Below, in pieces: positions 1-12,527 of a DNA stretch of 64,000 nucleotides. The notes beneath the pieces were generated by a model that saw only the letters and a program-made list of their open reading frames with translations, searched no databases and was not told the origin of the DNA. Position 1 is the stretch's first letter. The number at the start of each line of letters is the position of its first letter. This stretch comes from Octopus sinensis. Taxonomy: Eukaryota. The stretch spans positions 51,646,001 through 51,710,000 of the forward strand of contig NC_042998.1 in NCBI RefSeq assembly GCF_006345805.1, given 5' to 3'. Made by a program: the position numbers and the translations under genes.

Positions 1-14
1 TTATACTTCTGTCT

Positions 15-309
15 GACTGTCTCTCTTACATGCACACTATATTTCTCTCACACACTCTCCCTCTCTTTCACACACATACACACACACACACACACCCTCT
101 CTCTCTCACATATACACATACACACTCTCTCTCTCACATACATGCACACACACACACATACACTCTCACACACACACTCTCTCTCTTTCACCCTCCTTTC
201 TCTCACACATACACACTCTTTCTCACACAACACACACACACACACACACTCTCTTTCATATACACACACCCTCTCTCTCACACACATGCACACACTCTCT
301 CTCACACAT

Positions 310-344
<35 letters not shown>

Positions 345-575
345 AACACATTCTCTTTCATATACACACACCTTCTCTCTCTCACACACACTCTTTCTCT
401 CACACACACACACTCTCTCTTACATACACCCTCTTTCATACAGACATCCTCTCTCTTTCTCTCACACACACATGCATGCACACAAACACTCTCTCATACG
501 CATACACACACACACACTCTCTCTCTCTCTCCACACATACACCTCTCTCTCTCTCCTCTTCTCTCTCTACCTCTC
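15..575. repeat. Compound (CA)n/(CT)n microsatellite tract
   Basis: Directly visible. It explains the HT/SL and CV/ER pseudo-ORFs. Confidence 0.97.
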
Positions 576-1625
576 TTGATGGAATTTCATAGAAATTTTG
601 CAAGTGGAAGGTGTTGACCATCAGAAAGCAACTACTGAGGAAAACACAGAAACCTAAAATCTGTAATCGTCCACAATTAAAAACCTCACAGACCCCCACA
701 TATTATGTATCTAGAAGTGAAAGAAATGAGAAATGCAGTATCCATGTCTCCCTTTTTTCTCCCATACACACAGGCATACACATGCATGAGCATGCACACA
801 CACACACATGCACATGCTCACAGATATATGCCCTATGTAAGTGAAATAAGATGCCTACAAGCTAGCAAATTTGATTCATAGGAAGTGGAAATGATAACAT
901 GCAGAACTATTTCAAATCTAAGTGTAAGACAATAATTTGTGGAAAAAGGAAAAGATTAAAAAGAAAAGAATATTTTTGATTAAACTATAAAAAGGAACAA
1001 CAATAAAAGCCACAATATCAAGAATACTGGAAATGTTCCAGATTTTCAAATGTCCAGAAGCAGTAATTAATGAGTCGGTAGATAATATTTTAAAGACTGC
1101 AAAATATGTAAGATATGTGAAGTGTAGGAGTAACATGTGAATATGAAATGGGAATGGAATAAAAATAATTCTGAAACAACTCAATGTTATTTTTGTAAGC
1201 TAACAGTGAACAGGTTCTCCGTCAGTTTTGATGGTGATCATTCATCAACATCATCATTTAATTTCTATTGTCCATTCTGGTCTGAGCTGGTAAGCTGGGG
1301 ATCTGCACCAGGCTCCAGTCTGATAGGATTTCATGCATCTAATAGTGTTGCATCAGTCTGTGCAGTTTGCATTGCATCAGGTACTGCAAAAAGAAGGGGA
1401 TGTCCTGCTAGATATACTGAGTTGCCCTAGGCATGTTGTTCTATTGTCTTCTTTAAGCTTCCAGACAACATAACCATCCATAGTCTTTTATTTTTTTGTA
1501 TGCAGAGACCAATATTGCGATGAGGAATCAGTTTCTGACTGAAGAACGAAGGCTTTGAATGACCCGTTATTTTTTATGTTCGTCCCTTCGTGTATTTCAC
1601 ATTATTTATTTATGTAAAGGTTTAT

Positions 1626-1658
<33 letters not shown>

Positions 1659-2156
1659 ACAAATAAGAAAATGGAGGAACAAATTCATTTCGATCATCAA
1701 CTTACGGATATTACAATTTCATATTATTTATTAATTATACAAATAGAAACATGAAATACCTTCACCCATTCAATACAATAAATTAATTAATTGCATCGCA
1801 ATTATAAGCATTTATGTATTTAGTATTTGGGTACTTTACCAGCAGTATATTGGATAACTGATATCCCATAGTGGTTTACCCTCATAACTCCTATCTTACT
1901 TTGTACTATATATATATGTGTGTGTGTGTGTGTGTACATATATATATATATACTATAATATATATATACACAATGTATATATACATTAATATCAATCAGT
2001 GTGAATGAGTGCTCAACACCGCATTGCTGGATAAATATTTTTTATTTGTGAGTTAACCAGGCTACCATTGGTTTCATGTTAAAAGCAGTACCTCTCTTCA
2101 CAATTTTCATGCCTATTGTATGGGACGTTGGTATTTGCCTCCATATATACATATAC

Positions 2157-2393
2157 ATACATATTCTCACCCTTTTCAAGCCTAGCCAGGCTTATGGGCC
2201 CAGTTTCCTGGTTTCTGTGGCATATGTGTTCCCCCCAGCTGGACGGGACACCTGTCCATCGCAGCGTTACTCAAGAAACAGGAAAAGTGAGTGAGAGAAA
2301 GTTGCAGCGAAAGAGTACAACAGGGATCCCCACTACCCCCTGCCGGAGCCTCGTGGAGTCCGCTGCCCTAACCACTGGGCCATTGCACCTCCA
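2157..2393 (-). mobile_element. tRNA-derived SINE with 15-bp target-site duplication
   Basis: Minus strand begins tggaggtgcaatggcccagtggttagg (A-box-like). Flanked by catatatacatatac at 2142-2156 and 2394-2408. Confidence 0.75.
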
Positions 2394-2461
2394 CATATAT
2401 ACATATACTTAACCATATATATGTGTGCGTGTGTGTGTGTGTATGTAAGTAAACATAAGTA

Positions 2462-2492
<31 letters not shown>

Positions 2493-2869
2493 CACTGTAT
2501 ATAAAATACAAATTACAGAGATTTTCCCCCTCATTGTTACTAATAATTTCTTGTGTCAGTGATATTTGTCAAACCTCTTGCTTTGATCATCTGTACTTTA
2601 CAGAAATATGAATTATCTTTCCTTAACACTATAATGAATCTCAATAGCTGTTGTTAGAAATTGACGCATCAAAATTCGAGAGATTAGTTTATGAATAGCA
2701 AGGCCTTGAGGAAAACAAATAAATTGACAATGTAAAGCATAAGAATATATTACATACCCTACACATACATACATGCATACACGCTCACATACAGACACAT
2801 GCAACACACACGCACACATACATTGAGCAACTGTCAAAACGTGACTATAAGTGAATGTAGAGATAATTT

Positions 2870-2896
2870 TTATCTATATCTATATCTATAAAAGAG

Positions 2897-2930
<34 letters not shown>

Positions 2931-3099
2931 GCGCGTGTGTGCGCGCGCGCGCGTATGTTCTTTATGCATTCCAAAACCGAGTTGCCAATTTTGCCGTTTG
3001 GGGTATCAAAATATTCAGTAAGCTTTCGGCTACCAACTAAACTTTATTTTCATTCACATATTTGCATTACAAAAATTTAACATTATAATTTTTGTAGTA

Positions 3100-3100
<1 letters not shown>
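2870..3100 (+). mobile_element. Possible non-autonomous Helitron-like fragment
   Basis: tctatatctataaaa followed by a (GT)n/(GC)n tract, the layout of Helitron/HINE 5' ends. No 3' hairpin-CTRR confirmed. Confidence 0.35.
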
Positions 3101-3157
<57 letters not shown>

Positions 3158-3223
3158 TGGTTGTGTTTGTTTTATGTAATATACACAGTATACATATATG
3201 CATTTATGCACAATATCGGCACC

Positions 3224-3590
3224 GAAGTGGCTGTGTGGTAAGTAGCTTGCTTACCAGCCACATGGTTCCGGGTTAAGTCCCGCTGCGTGGCAACTTGGGC
3301 AAGTCACCGCTACTATAGCGTCAGGCTGATCAAAGCCTTGTGAGTGGATTAGGTAGACAGAAACTGAAAGAAACCTGTCATATGTGCGTGTGTGTATCTG
3401 TGTTTGTTCCCTCAACATCGCATGACAACCGATGCTGGTGTGTTTACGTCCCCGTAACTTAGCGGTTCGGCAAAAAAGCCCGTTAGAATAAGTACTAGGC
3501 TTGCAATGAATAAGTCCTGGGGTCGATTTGTTCGACTAAACGCGGTGCTCCAACATGGCTGCAGTCAAATGACTGGAACTCGTAAAAAAA
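3224..3590 (+). mobile_element. tRNA-headed SINE, family B (gtggctgtgtggtaag...cttgggcaag...)
   Basis: tRNA-like head, ttgggcaag core and internal TG tract. Related copies at ~13879, 47803, 50908, 53230 and 54487. Confidence 0.85.
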
Positions 3591-4159
3591 GAATGTGTGT
3601 GTGTGTGTGTGGTGTGTGTGTGTGTGTGTGCGTGCGCGCGTGTGTGTGTGTGTTGGTGCAAACAGTAAAAATAGAACTCAAAATGTTAGTATATGTATAT
3701 TTTTATAGATATTTAGCAGAAGCAACAGAGTGACTCAAGGTTCGAGAATTTCGATAAGTGCCAATGCACAAAACTCTCGAAACACAGCGTCCCTCCTTAG
3801 TTGTTCTGTTTGTCTTGTGTCTGAAAGTTAATTCTGCTTCCTTAATGCTTAACTGATATTACCTTATATATAGTAACATGCAACGTGTTTTACATCGGTC
3901 ACGCTGGTCGACGGAAACCAAAACAACAAACGGAGTGGGCGTGAGTGACAATCAGAGATGCTCAATGCAAGTGAACTTTAATGAGATGTTTTGCTCTGAA
4001 GTCGCCAGTATCTTGATCAAAATGAAACGCGCGCGCATGCACACACATATGTATAGACGTGGATAAGAACAAGTGTCTTCTACTATAGCCCAGGGCTGAC
4101 TAAAACCTTGCTTGGATATAAGAATTTTCAATGGTTAAATAATCTTTATCGTATTATAT

Positions 4160-4202
4160 TTCTCTCGTTCATATATATATGTGTGTGTGTATGTATACAT
4201 AC

Positions 4203-4289
<87 letters not shown>

Positions 4290-4315
4290 ATATATATATA
4301 TATATATATAATATA

Positions 4316-4401
<86 letters not shown>
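4160..4401. repeat. (TA)n/(CA)n microsatellite
   Basis: Directly visible. Confidence 0.97.
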
Positions 4402-4402
<1 letters not shown>

Positions 4403-4407
4403 GTAAA

Positions 4408-4617
4408 GGCGTCGAGCAGGCAGAAACGTTAGCACGCCGGGCGAAATGCTTAGCGGTATTTCGTCTGTCGCTACGTTCTGAGTTCAAATTGCACCTAGGT
4501 CGACTTTGCCTTTCATCCTTTCGGGGTCGATAAATAAAGTACTAGTTTTGCACTGGGGTCCATGTAATCGACTTAATCCGTTTGTCCCCTCTATGTTTAA
4601 CCCTTTGTGGGTATTAA

Positions 4618-4620
<3 letters not shown>
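4408..4620 (+). mobile_element. SINE family A (ggcg..gagctggcagaa.cgttagc...gtcgactttgcctttcatcctttcggggtcgat)
   Basis: B-box-like gagttcaaat. Highly similar copies at 11160-11576, 13145-13374 and 37735-37965. Confidence 0.88.
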
Positions 4621-4657
<37 letters not shown>

Positions 4658-5142
4658 GGTAACAGATGACGTGACCTATACTATTCCTACATAGTCTTCC
4701 ATTGAACCATGTCTGAAGACTGTTAATTTATACATTTCTAAACTTGGAAGATTCCTTAACACGAAATCGTCCGATTACATGAATTGGCTGTTATCAAGTG
4801 AGTTTTATAATACCGCATAAATAATATATACATGTGTATGCGGGTGTGTGCGCTTGTTTGTCTGGAAAGCATTTCTTTGTCATTATGTCCTTTCAAAGCT
4901 TTTTTAAATTTGCTAGCGTTCCTTTTATTGTCACTTCGCTTTGATCATATACATTAATTCTCTCTACTAACACTTGTTCTCTCGTCCTTTTCTTTATTGC
5001 CACTTCCTCTCCTGCAATTTTTCCTCGTCCTTTCCTACATTTCCCCTTTCTCGCGCCATAAATTTTATTCCACACTGTATCATTTAGTTACACTGGTCTA
5101 TGACCTATTTCTTTACTGCCCACAAGGGGCTAAACACAGAGT

Positions 5143-5492
5143 GAAAGACAGATAATATGATGCTTGTGTGCGAATAGCTTGGCTACATGGCAGTCAAACA
5201 CGGGCTGTGGCAGCCGAGGACATGCGTAGGCTTGAAAGAAATGAAACCAGCATGCTTCGCTGGATGTGCAATGCCAGTGTATATGTTTGACAGAGTGTAA
5301 ACAACTTAAGAAAAAAGTTAAGTATAAGAGGTATCAGATGTGGAGTGCAAGAGAGACGACTGCGCTGGTATGGTCATGCGATGCATATGGATGAGAACAG
5401 CTGTGTAAAGAAGTGCCGATCTCTAACTGTGGAGGGAACCTGCGGTAGCGGTAGACCCAGAAAGACATGGAACGAGGTAGTGAAGTATGATC
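5143..5492 (+). mobile_element. RTE-clade LINE, degenerate C-terminal fragment of the RT ORF
   Basis: Translates to MLRWMCNASV...VQERRLRWYGHAMHMDENSCVKKC...GRPRKTWNEVV, the typical RTE C-terminal LRW.GH...R.RGRP...W motif. Confidence 0.9.
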
Positions 5493-5768
5493 AATGGCTA
5501 ACACTGCTTTCTTCTGTCAAAGCCGTTCTTGAAATTTATTCAGATATGCTCATTTCCTTACAAGAAGCAACAAATGAGTTTGGCACCAACATTGCATCCA
5601 GACCTAATGGTATCCTTACGTGTCTCTCTACGGGCCAATGTGTTGTAGTTCCATTACTTCAACTCCTTGAAGGATTGAACAAATCTTTCCCAAGTACCAC
5701 CGTCAATCTAGGTGGCATGCTGCATAGTGTCAAACTGGTGCAGGAAGAGCTAAAAAAATCTATACAGT

Positions 5769-7005
5769 TGTTACGGAATCACCCTCGTCGCCCGTCCCGA
5801 ACGGCTCACACAAGTTCCGCCACGGAACCCAAAGAGGCGGAGAGAGGAGATACAGATAGATACTGCCACAACCTCAACAGCACAGAGATACAGAGGCACA
5901 ACCCGAGATACAACCCAAAGAGGCAAGGCAACAACTGGCAACACTGGCTTATATTCAAACAACAGTTTATACGACAATCAATTGCTACACATCAAATACA
6001 TTTAAGGCAAACAACAAATCAATACATCATACGGTATACCACAGATCAAAGCATTTAACAACATGCATGTAACAATATAACAGTGTTCAGTAACGACACA
6101 ACAAGTCCAGATCAAATAATGTTCACGATACGTCACAGTCCAATCAGAACACTTCGATACATTATACAATGTTCGTATCACAACAATTCACGTTACAATT
6201 CAACAAGTCCTTTACTCAATTCACAATGTTCTTTATCGACTACATCGACAGAGTCCTTCTTTTTCTCTCTTCTTTCTCTTCTTTTCTTTTACATCGTGAC
6301 ACGTATCAATACACAATCACATACCTTAATTCCTAACTGAATCGCCAGCGTCCCATTCTTGTCTCATCTCTTAATACTGCTAAATCCTCTGAATACTCTG
6401 CTAATTCCCCTCTGTGCATATTCCAATCGCTTGCTCCTAGGCCTCCCCGCTCCCAGGAATTCCAACGCTTGCTCCTTAAATCCAAGGTCCGTCTGTGTTC
6501 TTCCACGACCAACCACGACTGCCAGATCCGTCTGTGTTCTTCGACGACCGCTCAACGACTGCCCAAAACCTCACCTCCTCGTCCTGACTTCCACTACCTC
6601 ATCTCCCTCTGTACCGCTCACACCCTCTCTAACTGCCCTGGTCCCCATACTCTATCTATATCCTCAATCTGTCCCTTACTGCTTATCCTTTCTATTTGCC
6701 CTCTGCTCTTACTCTATCGCTATCGCCTGCCAGACTCTTCCTCTCTATCTGTCCCTTTTCTCTTACTGTCAATACCCTCTCCATCTGTTCTTAGATTCCC
6801 TTAATCTGTCTTCCTCTTTCACTTCTTCAAGGGGTGCTCAGAATGACCTCCAATCGACCGCACAAGGTCAGAAAGGTCTCATTAATCTCCCACTAGACAA
6901 AGGACCCGTCACTTTTCACCAGACATACTGGAACCATTATTCCTATGTGGGTCACCAGAAACACTACACTAATTAAACCCGAAATGCACTTAGCCAACCG
7001 TAACA
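5769..7005. mobile_element. 1237-bp insertion with TGTTACGG...CCGTAACA termini and CAGT TSD; probable solo LTR
   Basis: Perfect 8-bp terminal inverted repeat. cagt at 5765-5768 and 7006-7009. Removing it rejoins the hAT transposase sequence. Confidence 0.8.
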
Positions 7006-7574
7006 CAGTGAAGAAAAATTTCAGCTGTTCAATACAGCAGAAAAAATTATTTATCAACTCGGTGTTTCGGCTTTGGAGCTACCCAGGCAACGAAAAGCCC
7101 CTAAAAGATACTAGGAAGGAGATGCGTTAAAATATCAACACTGCACTGTTTTGGATCATTGCAGAGTGCAGTAATTACAGATAGTGGATACTGCAATAGC
7201 AAATTTGAAAAATTATTTTATTTCACAGGATTTAGCAGATTATGAAAAACTGAGCCAATTTTATTCAATGGAAATTTTTGTGCTGAAGTGATCATGCAGT
7301 ATCCAGAGCTTGATAAATTTTCTTTAAGGAACGAAATACATTTTTTTATAGAAATCATCATAGTGGATCATCTCTTGAGGATCATCGTAAAATATTCGGT
7401 GAAATGCAACCAGAAGTTCGTTGCATGTTTCCAAATGTTGAGCGATTGCTCAGGCTACTTTTAGTGTTTCTAGCCAGTTCTTGTGAAGCTGAAAAATCTT
7501 TTAGCGGTTTGTGGAGAAGCAAAACTTAGCTGCGATCGACCTTGACTCAGCAAAGGTTGAATCATATTCTAATA

Positions 7575-7793
7575 CAGTGCTTTTCAAACTTTTTGCTGGA
7601 GCGGAACCCCAAGGAAACATTCCACTGGCTCGAGGAACCCCTGTGCAATAATTTAATAGTCTTATGCACACATATCTGCACAGGAGAATTAAAAATTACT
7701 GCCGATTTTAGCAGTTTTGTAACTTCTTGCGGAACCCCTGGACTGTACTGGCGGAACCCTAAGGTTCCGAGGAACCCTGGTTGAAAACCACTG
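7575..7793. mobile_element. hAT Charlie-type MITE (219 bp)
   Basis: TIRs cagtgcttttcaa / ttgaaaaccactg. 8-bp TSD ttctaata / ttttaata. Internal ggaacccc subterminal repeats. Confidence 0.9.
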
Positions 7794-7933
7794 TTTTAAT
7801 ATGCCACGTTCATAGAGATGTTTTGAAAAAGATTAGTTGTGAAAAAGTTGCTAAATTATTTATTGACAGCAATGATGCGAGATATAATACATTTGGAAAG
7901 TTCTAAAAGACAATAAACTTTGTATTTTTTTAT

Positions 7934-8790
7934 TCAAACGTGTGTATTATTTTTTTGATTATTTAATATAATATTACTGAGTGGGATATTATGTTCGAAA
8001 AGGAAAGACTTGAGAGTATGAAAAATGGTTGCACCTCTTGAATCAAGCGGCAATTTCTCTGTGAACAGCATTTCCTCACAAGGTTGAAGGTTTTCGCCGA
8101 AATACCGAACGTATATCATCAAACATTGATTGTCCACAACAGTTGACTCATCCGCTTGTATAGGAATTTCAGAACGATGGAGAATATTAATGAGCTGATG
8201 TTTAACATCGTTGGCCATTTTATCGATGCTTTGAGAAATTGTGTTATTACTAAGTGGGAGCTTCTTCATAATGTTATCGGGTTTTTCGTGCATAACGGTT
8301 AACAAAACCTCTTCGATAACTGGGCGAAGTGATGTTTCTTCAAATGTGTGAGATTTCCCTGACTTAGCAACAAGCAATGCAATGTTGTACGATGCAATCA
8401 ATCCGTCATTCTCCTGTTTACTAATTTCCTGGAGTAGCGTGTTGAATGTTTGTATTTAATTTTTGAAAGAGGAGCTCAGTTGCAAAAAGTATAACGATTT
8501 ATCCGTCTTCTCAGAATTCTTTGCATCTATGTGATACTTCAAGCGTGAAGGTTTCATTGCTTCGTTGGTCGGTGTTTGATGGCAAAGAAGGTACATTGGT
8601 AACTGACAGTTCTGAGGAGAGGGAATAAATTCAAACGATAAATAATCGCTACTGTACTGTCGACAAATTTTCTGGACTGGAGGCATAAGTAAAGTGAAAA
8701 TGTGAAAACGAATTTCTACAGATGGTGTCAGAAATGCAGTATGGTATTCCCAAAGAGAAGAAGTCAATAGAGCAGAGTCAGATGAAACAT
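7934..8790 (-). mobile_element. Degenerate hAT Buster/Charlie (ZBED5/SCAND3-like) transposase, N-terminal half
   Basis: RQYSSDYLSFEFI...NEAMKPSRLKYH (BED-finger region). ASYNIALLVAKSGKSHT...LPLSNNTI...IQADESTV...YVRY...EEMLF. Frameshifted and truncated. Confidence 0.92.
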
Positions 8791-9404
8791 CTTTACTGGA
8801 GCAAATACGGATCTAGTTCGTTTGGCTGCCAGCATTTCAAAAATTGAAATTTACGAAAATTTTAGAATTCGGCTCATTAATGTACCTTTCCAAGCTAAAT
8901 TGCTGGAGCTATACAACTTTTTCCAGAAAGATGTTTTTAAAAAGTTCTAGAGGTTTAAAGTCTGATAATTTTCAACCAGTCAAGAAACACGATTTCAAAG
9001 CTGTCATTTTGTGCCTGACTGCGCATTTTATCATCATCCTGAAAATAGCACTTGTGTTTTGATACGAAGCCACAGAATTACGCACGGCATATAACACCAC
9101 ATAGCTTTTTTTTTTTATTTTTCGGAGTTTTCTACACGCGGGACTTCATACGATTATACCGAAGAAAAAAAATTGTGTGGGGTGTGATTTAAGGCCTAGG
9201 CCTATTTGGCAGCTATTTTTAGCACGCATAGCAACCATCTCAATAACTGCGACAAAAATATTCTATCGATAAACAAGTCCGCTTTTTTAATACAAAGGTA
9301 CGTCTCATGCGAGTAGTCAAATCGATAAAAGTGCATCCTTATTCTAGGCATCCCAAGATATCAGTAAACGCAGACTTAATTTCTAAAAATTCATTGTCAC
9401 CCAC

Positions 9405-9527
9405 AAAATGTTCATATCGCCCGCCAAAATCTCAAATCGCCCACCATTTTCTAGAAATTCGCCCATCGCCCACCTGTAAGTTGAAATCGCCCACCAGTGG
9501 GCGATATCGCCCTCTTTGGGATGCTAT
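9405..9527 (-). mobile_element. hAT-type terminus with tcgccc subterminal repeats, probably the 5' end of the Buster element
   Basis: Minus strand reads ctatagcatcccaaagagggcgatatcgcccactggtgggcg, with about 7 tcgccc motifs. It lies upstream of the Buster ORF on the same strand. Confidence 0.5.
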
Positions 9528-9584
9528 AGTTTAAATGTTTGAGTAAACAGATGCATACACTGGCAGAAATGTAAGAAGGATATG

Positions 9585-9732
9585 ATGGATGGATGGATGG
9601 ATGGACGGACGGATAGAAGAACGAGCGGTCGGATGGTGGGGCGGGTGGATGGATGAATGGATGGATGGATGGATGGATGGATGGATAGAAGGGCAGGCAG
9701 GCAGGCAGGCAGGCAGATAAACAGACAGACAA
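9585..9732. repeat. (GGAT)n/(GGCA)n/(GACA)n tetranucleotide tract
   Basis: Directly visible. Confidence 0.95.
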
Positions 9733-10185
9733 ACATATCGACTTGCCCTTTTAATTTCTGCCAACGTGAATTTTTATATCTTCTCAAGAATCAAATGTTT
9801 CAGAAAAATATACAATTTCATTACACAATTCACAAAATATCCGTGGAATTTCCGCCGGTACTGCTAGCGTAGAATATAATGTGTCTTGTTGCATAAAACG
9901 GAAAAGACAAGTGTGAGAAAGAGAGAAAGGCAAATAAGACGGAATGGGCCCTGTTGTCAATAGTTTAACAAGCTAAAAAAGAAAAATTCCGTTGTGATAG
10001 GAAAACAACACAATATTTTACAGTAAACAATGTAGCTAATATATACATATACAATAATCACTCGTCATATGGCGGTTCACCTATCGTGCCCTCAGTACAT
10101 CGTAGATTCTTCTGGCTAATATATATAAATTTATATCGCGGACATCTCGGTATATCGCGGGTTACTGCGACCGATAGGTATTTAA

Positions 10186-10220
<35 letters not shown>

Positions 10221-10351
10221 TTCTTTTTAGACTTTAAGTGTTTCTGTGGTAAAACAAGTGTTTTCACGCCTAAATATTAATAAATGAATAAATAAAAATA
10301 CAATACAGTACTGCACTGTATAACACATTAAAATATATTAAAAGAAAATAC

Positions 10352-10788
10352 GGATCTTTTCGGTTTGAACGGCAATTTTTTCTAGCGGTGTCATATGAAA
10401 TTGTCACTCATAATTATGACTCTAGTATCGATCTATTGCATTTCAATCTGTTTTATGGTTAGGGTTAGTTAGGGTTAGGGTTAGGGGTGGGGGGAAGGGT
10501 ATCTTTTTTTCTTCACAAATGTAAATAAACCCAATCTGTTTCTTAAACGAGGGACATATTCATACGACACAGAATGTTTTTTTTACCTCAATAGAAGTCA
10601 GTGATTGGTTGAAATTGCAGAAATTGAAGAAAAAACAACAACAAATATCTTACAAACAATAGAATTTTCTCAATGAAGCCAAGAGAAAAAGATGTTTTTG
10701 TAAACACATTCTACCAGTATACGAAGTTTAAAATTTTTTAGTTACCTAGAAATTATGTTAAAAACTGCCGTTCAAACCGAAAAGATCC
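10352..10788. mobile_element. 437-bp MITE with 29-bp TIRs and 8-bp TSD (Merlin-like, tentative)
   Basis: ggatcttttcggtttgaacggcaattttt / aaaaactgccgttcaaaccgaaaagatcc. gaaaatac at 10344-10351 and 10789-10796. GG termini plus an 8-bp TSD fit Merlin. Confidence 0.85.
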
Positions 10789-11159
10789 GAAAATACGTAG
10801 TGTACCGCTGATGAGTGAACAAAGGATCAAATACTGTATGGAAAACGAAACTTGGGAGGCGAGTGTGTGATCCCTGGGTTATAGCTGATCGCGGCAGTAA
10901 CTCAGCCGGTTAAGAATTTTGCGACTGAAACCAGTAGTGACGACAATAATATACCAAAATATCATGTAACACGTTTGATATCCGATGTTTGGGCTCCCTG
11001 TGTAGGTTTCGACAACTTCTATACTCATAAATTGTCAACCATCCACTCAATTGTGTTGATCCAAATGATGACAGCATCCATACACAGACTATAGGAGGGT
11101 AATGGATACTCGCCAAGAAGAACACTTGGCAACAATATAAGAATATTGATATTTATATC

Positions 11160-11576
11160 TTCACTACCCACAAGGGGCTAAACACAGAGAGGACAAACAA
11201 GGACAGACACACTGATTAAATAGATTACATCGATCCCCAGTGCGTAACTGGTACTTAATTTATCGACTCCGAAAGAATGAAAGGCAAAGTCGACCTCGGC
11301 GGAATTTGAACTCAAAACGTAGCGGTAGACAAAATACCTATTTCTTTACTATCCACAAGGGGCTAAACACAGAGAGGACAAACAAGGACAGAGAAACGGA
11401 TTAAGTCGATTATATCGACCCCAGTGCGTAGCTGGTACTTATTTAATCGACCCCGAAAGGATGAAAGGCGAAGTCGACCTCGACGGAATTTGAACTCAGA
11501 ACGTAGCGGCAGACGAAATACCGCTAAACATTTCGCCCGACGTGCTAACGTTTCTGCCAGCTCGCTGCCTTATGCG
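11160..11576 (-). mobile_element. Family-A SINE with a duplicated body, flanked by a 20-bp TSD
   Basis: One head and two body+tail units. agaatattgatatttatatc at 11140-11159 and 11577-11596. Confidence 0.85.
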
Positions 11577-12427
11577 AGAATATTGATATTTATATCGTAT
11601 CTCCGTGAGCATGTGTGACGAAACAAATTTAGAAATCGTGAAATTTACGAATTTTCCCCAAAATGTGAGTGTTTTCATCTTATACAAAACGTATATACGG
11701 TTTCCGTGTTATATTAAATATATGTACGTTAAAAAAGGCAGAGATCAGACGTCGAAGACGCAAAGAGCGACTCGCACTTCCTTGTCTCCCGCTAAACTTC
11801 TCCTGTGATAAATGCTCTTCTATTTCGCCCTTAGATACGAGAATTGAAGACACTTCAGCCAATGGATCTCAGCTCTCCCGCGAGGGCGCCACTAGATAGT
11901 TGCTCGATCTGTTGGAAATAGCAAACAAAACTCACTTGTATTTTAGCCTAACGTCTTCAAAAAGAACGATGTAGTTCTGAATATACACGCTGACCGAAGC
12001 CTTACCTGTTGATTTGGTTGACGGAAACTGAAGAAAGCCCGTGTATGTCAGTGTGTCCCACCACCGCTTGAGAACACATGCTGGTTTGTTTACGTTTCCC
12101 TAACTTAACGTCGGCAAAAGAGGCCAATAGAATTAGTTCAACTGAATCAGCATAGGACACCGCTGCAGTGCGGTCAGCTGAACTAATCGCAATGACCGAG
12201 ACGAGTAAAAGAAAACGTAGACGGATTACGAAGCTAGCGACCGCAATATAACTAAATAGAACCTAAAGAGGCCCGTTTCTCACTGACGATTACGTCAGCA
12301 CAATTTGAAAAGCCCTACTTAGGCGAAACTTCGCAGTAGCTGTCACTTTAAAACGAAATAAGCAAAACATCCCACACACACAAACATACATACAGACAGA
12401 CAGACAGACAGACAGACATACGCACGT

Positions 12428-12527
12428 TGGGTGGTTGTGGTGGTGGTTGTAGTGGTTGTGGTGGTGGTGGTGGTGGTTGTGGTGGTTGTGGTGGTGGTGG
12501 TGGTTGTGGTGGTGGTGGTGGTAGTGG
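12428..12527. repeat. (GGT/TGT/AGT)n trinucleotide tract
   Basis: Directly visible. Confidence 0.95.

Larger units (their letters stand above)
5493..7906 (+). mobile_element. Degenerate hAT (Tip100/ZMYM1-like) transposase, interrupted by two insertions
   Basis: LSSVKAVLEIY...LEGLNKSF; SEEKFQLFNTAEK...LELPRQRKAPKRY; FPNVERLLRLLLVFLASSCEAEKSFS...LRSTLTQQRLNHILI|CHVHRDVL...TFGKF* (hAT dimerisation-type C-terminus, stop at 7904-7906). Confidence 0.85.

Noticed and set aside
30-617. 195-aa, 145-aa and 121-aa ORFs
   Set aside because: They are translations of the CA/CT microsatellite (HT, SL, CV, ER dipeptides).
918-1184. LITASGHLKIWNI looked WD40-like
   Set aside because: No convincing donor site, the frame runs into a T-rich tract, and no neighbouring WD exons were found.
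4893-5075. GEEVAIKK resembles kinase subdomain II
   Set aside because: No Gly-rich loop or other kinase motifs. It is explained by a purine-rich low-complexity strand.
5345-6058. 237-aa ORF as a gene
   Set aside because: It is a chance chimera of an RTE tail, a hAT fragment and the start of the LTR-like insert.
6359-6976. 205-aa Leu/Ser/Pro-rich ORF
   Set aside because: It lies in the pyrimidine-rich interior of the 1237-bp element and has no recognisable gag or other motif.
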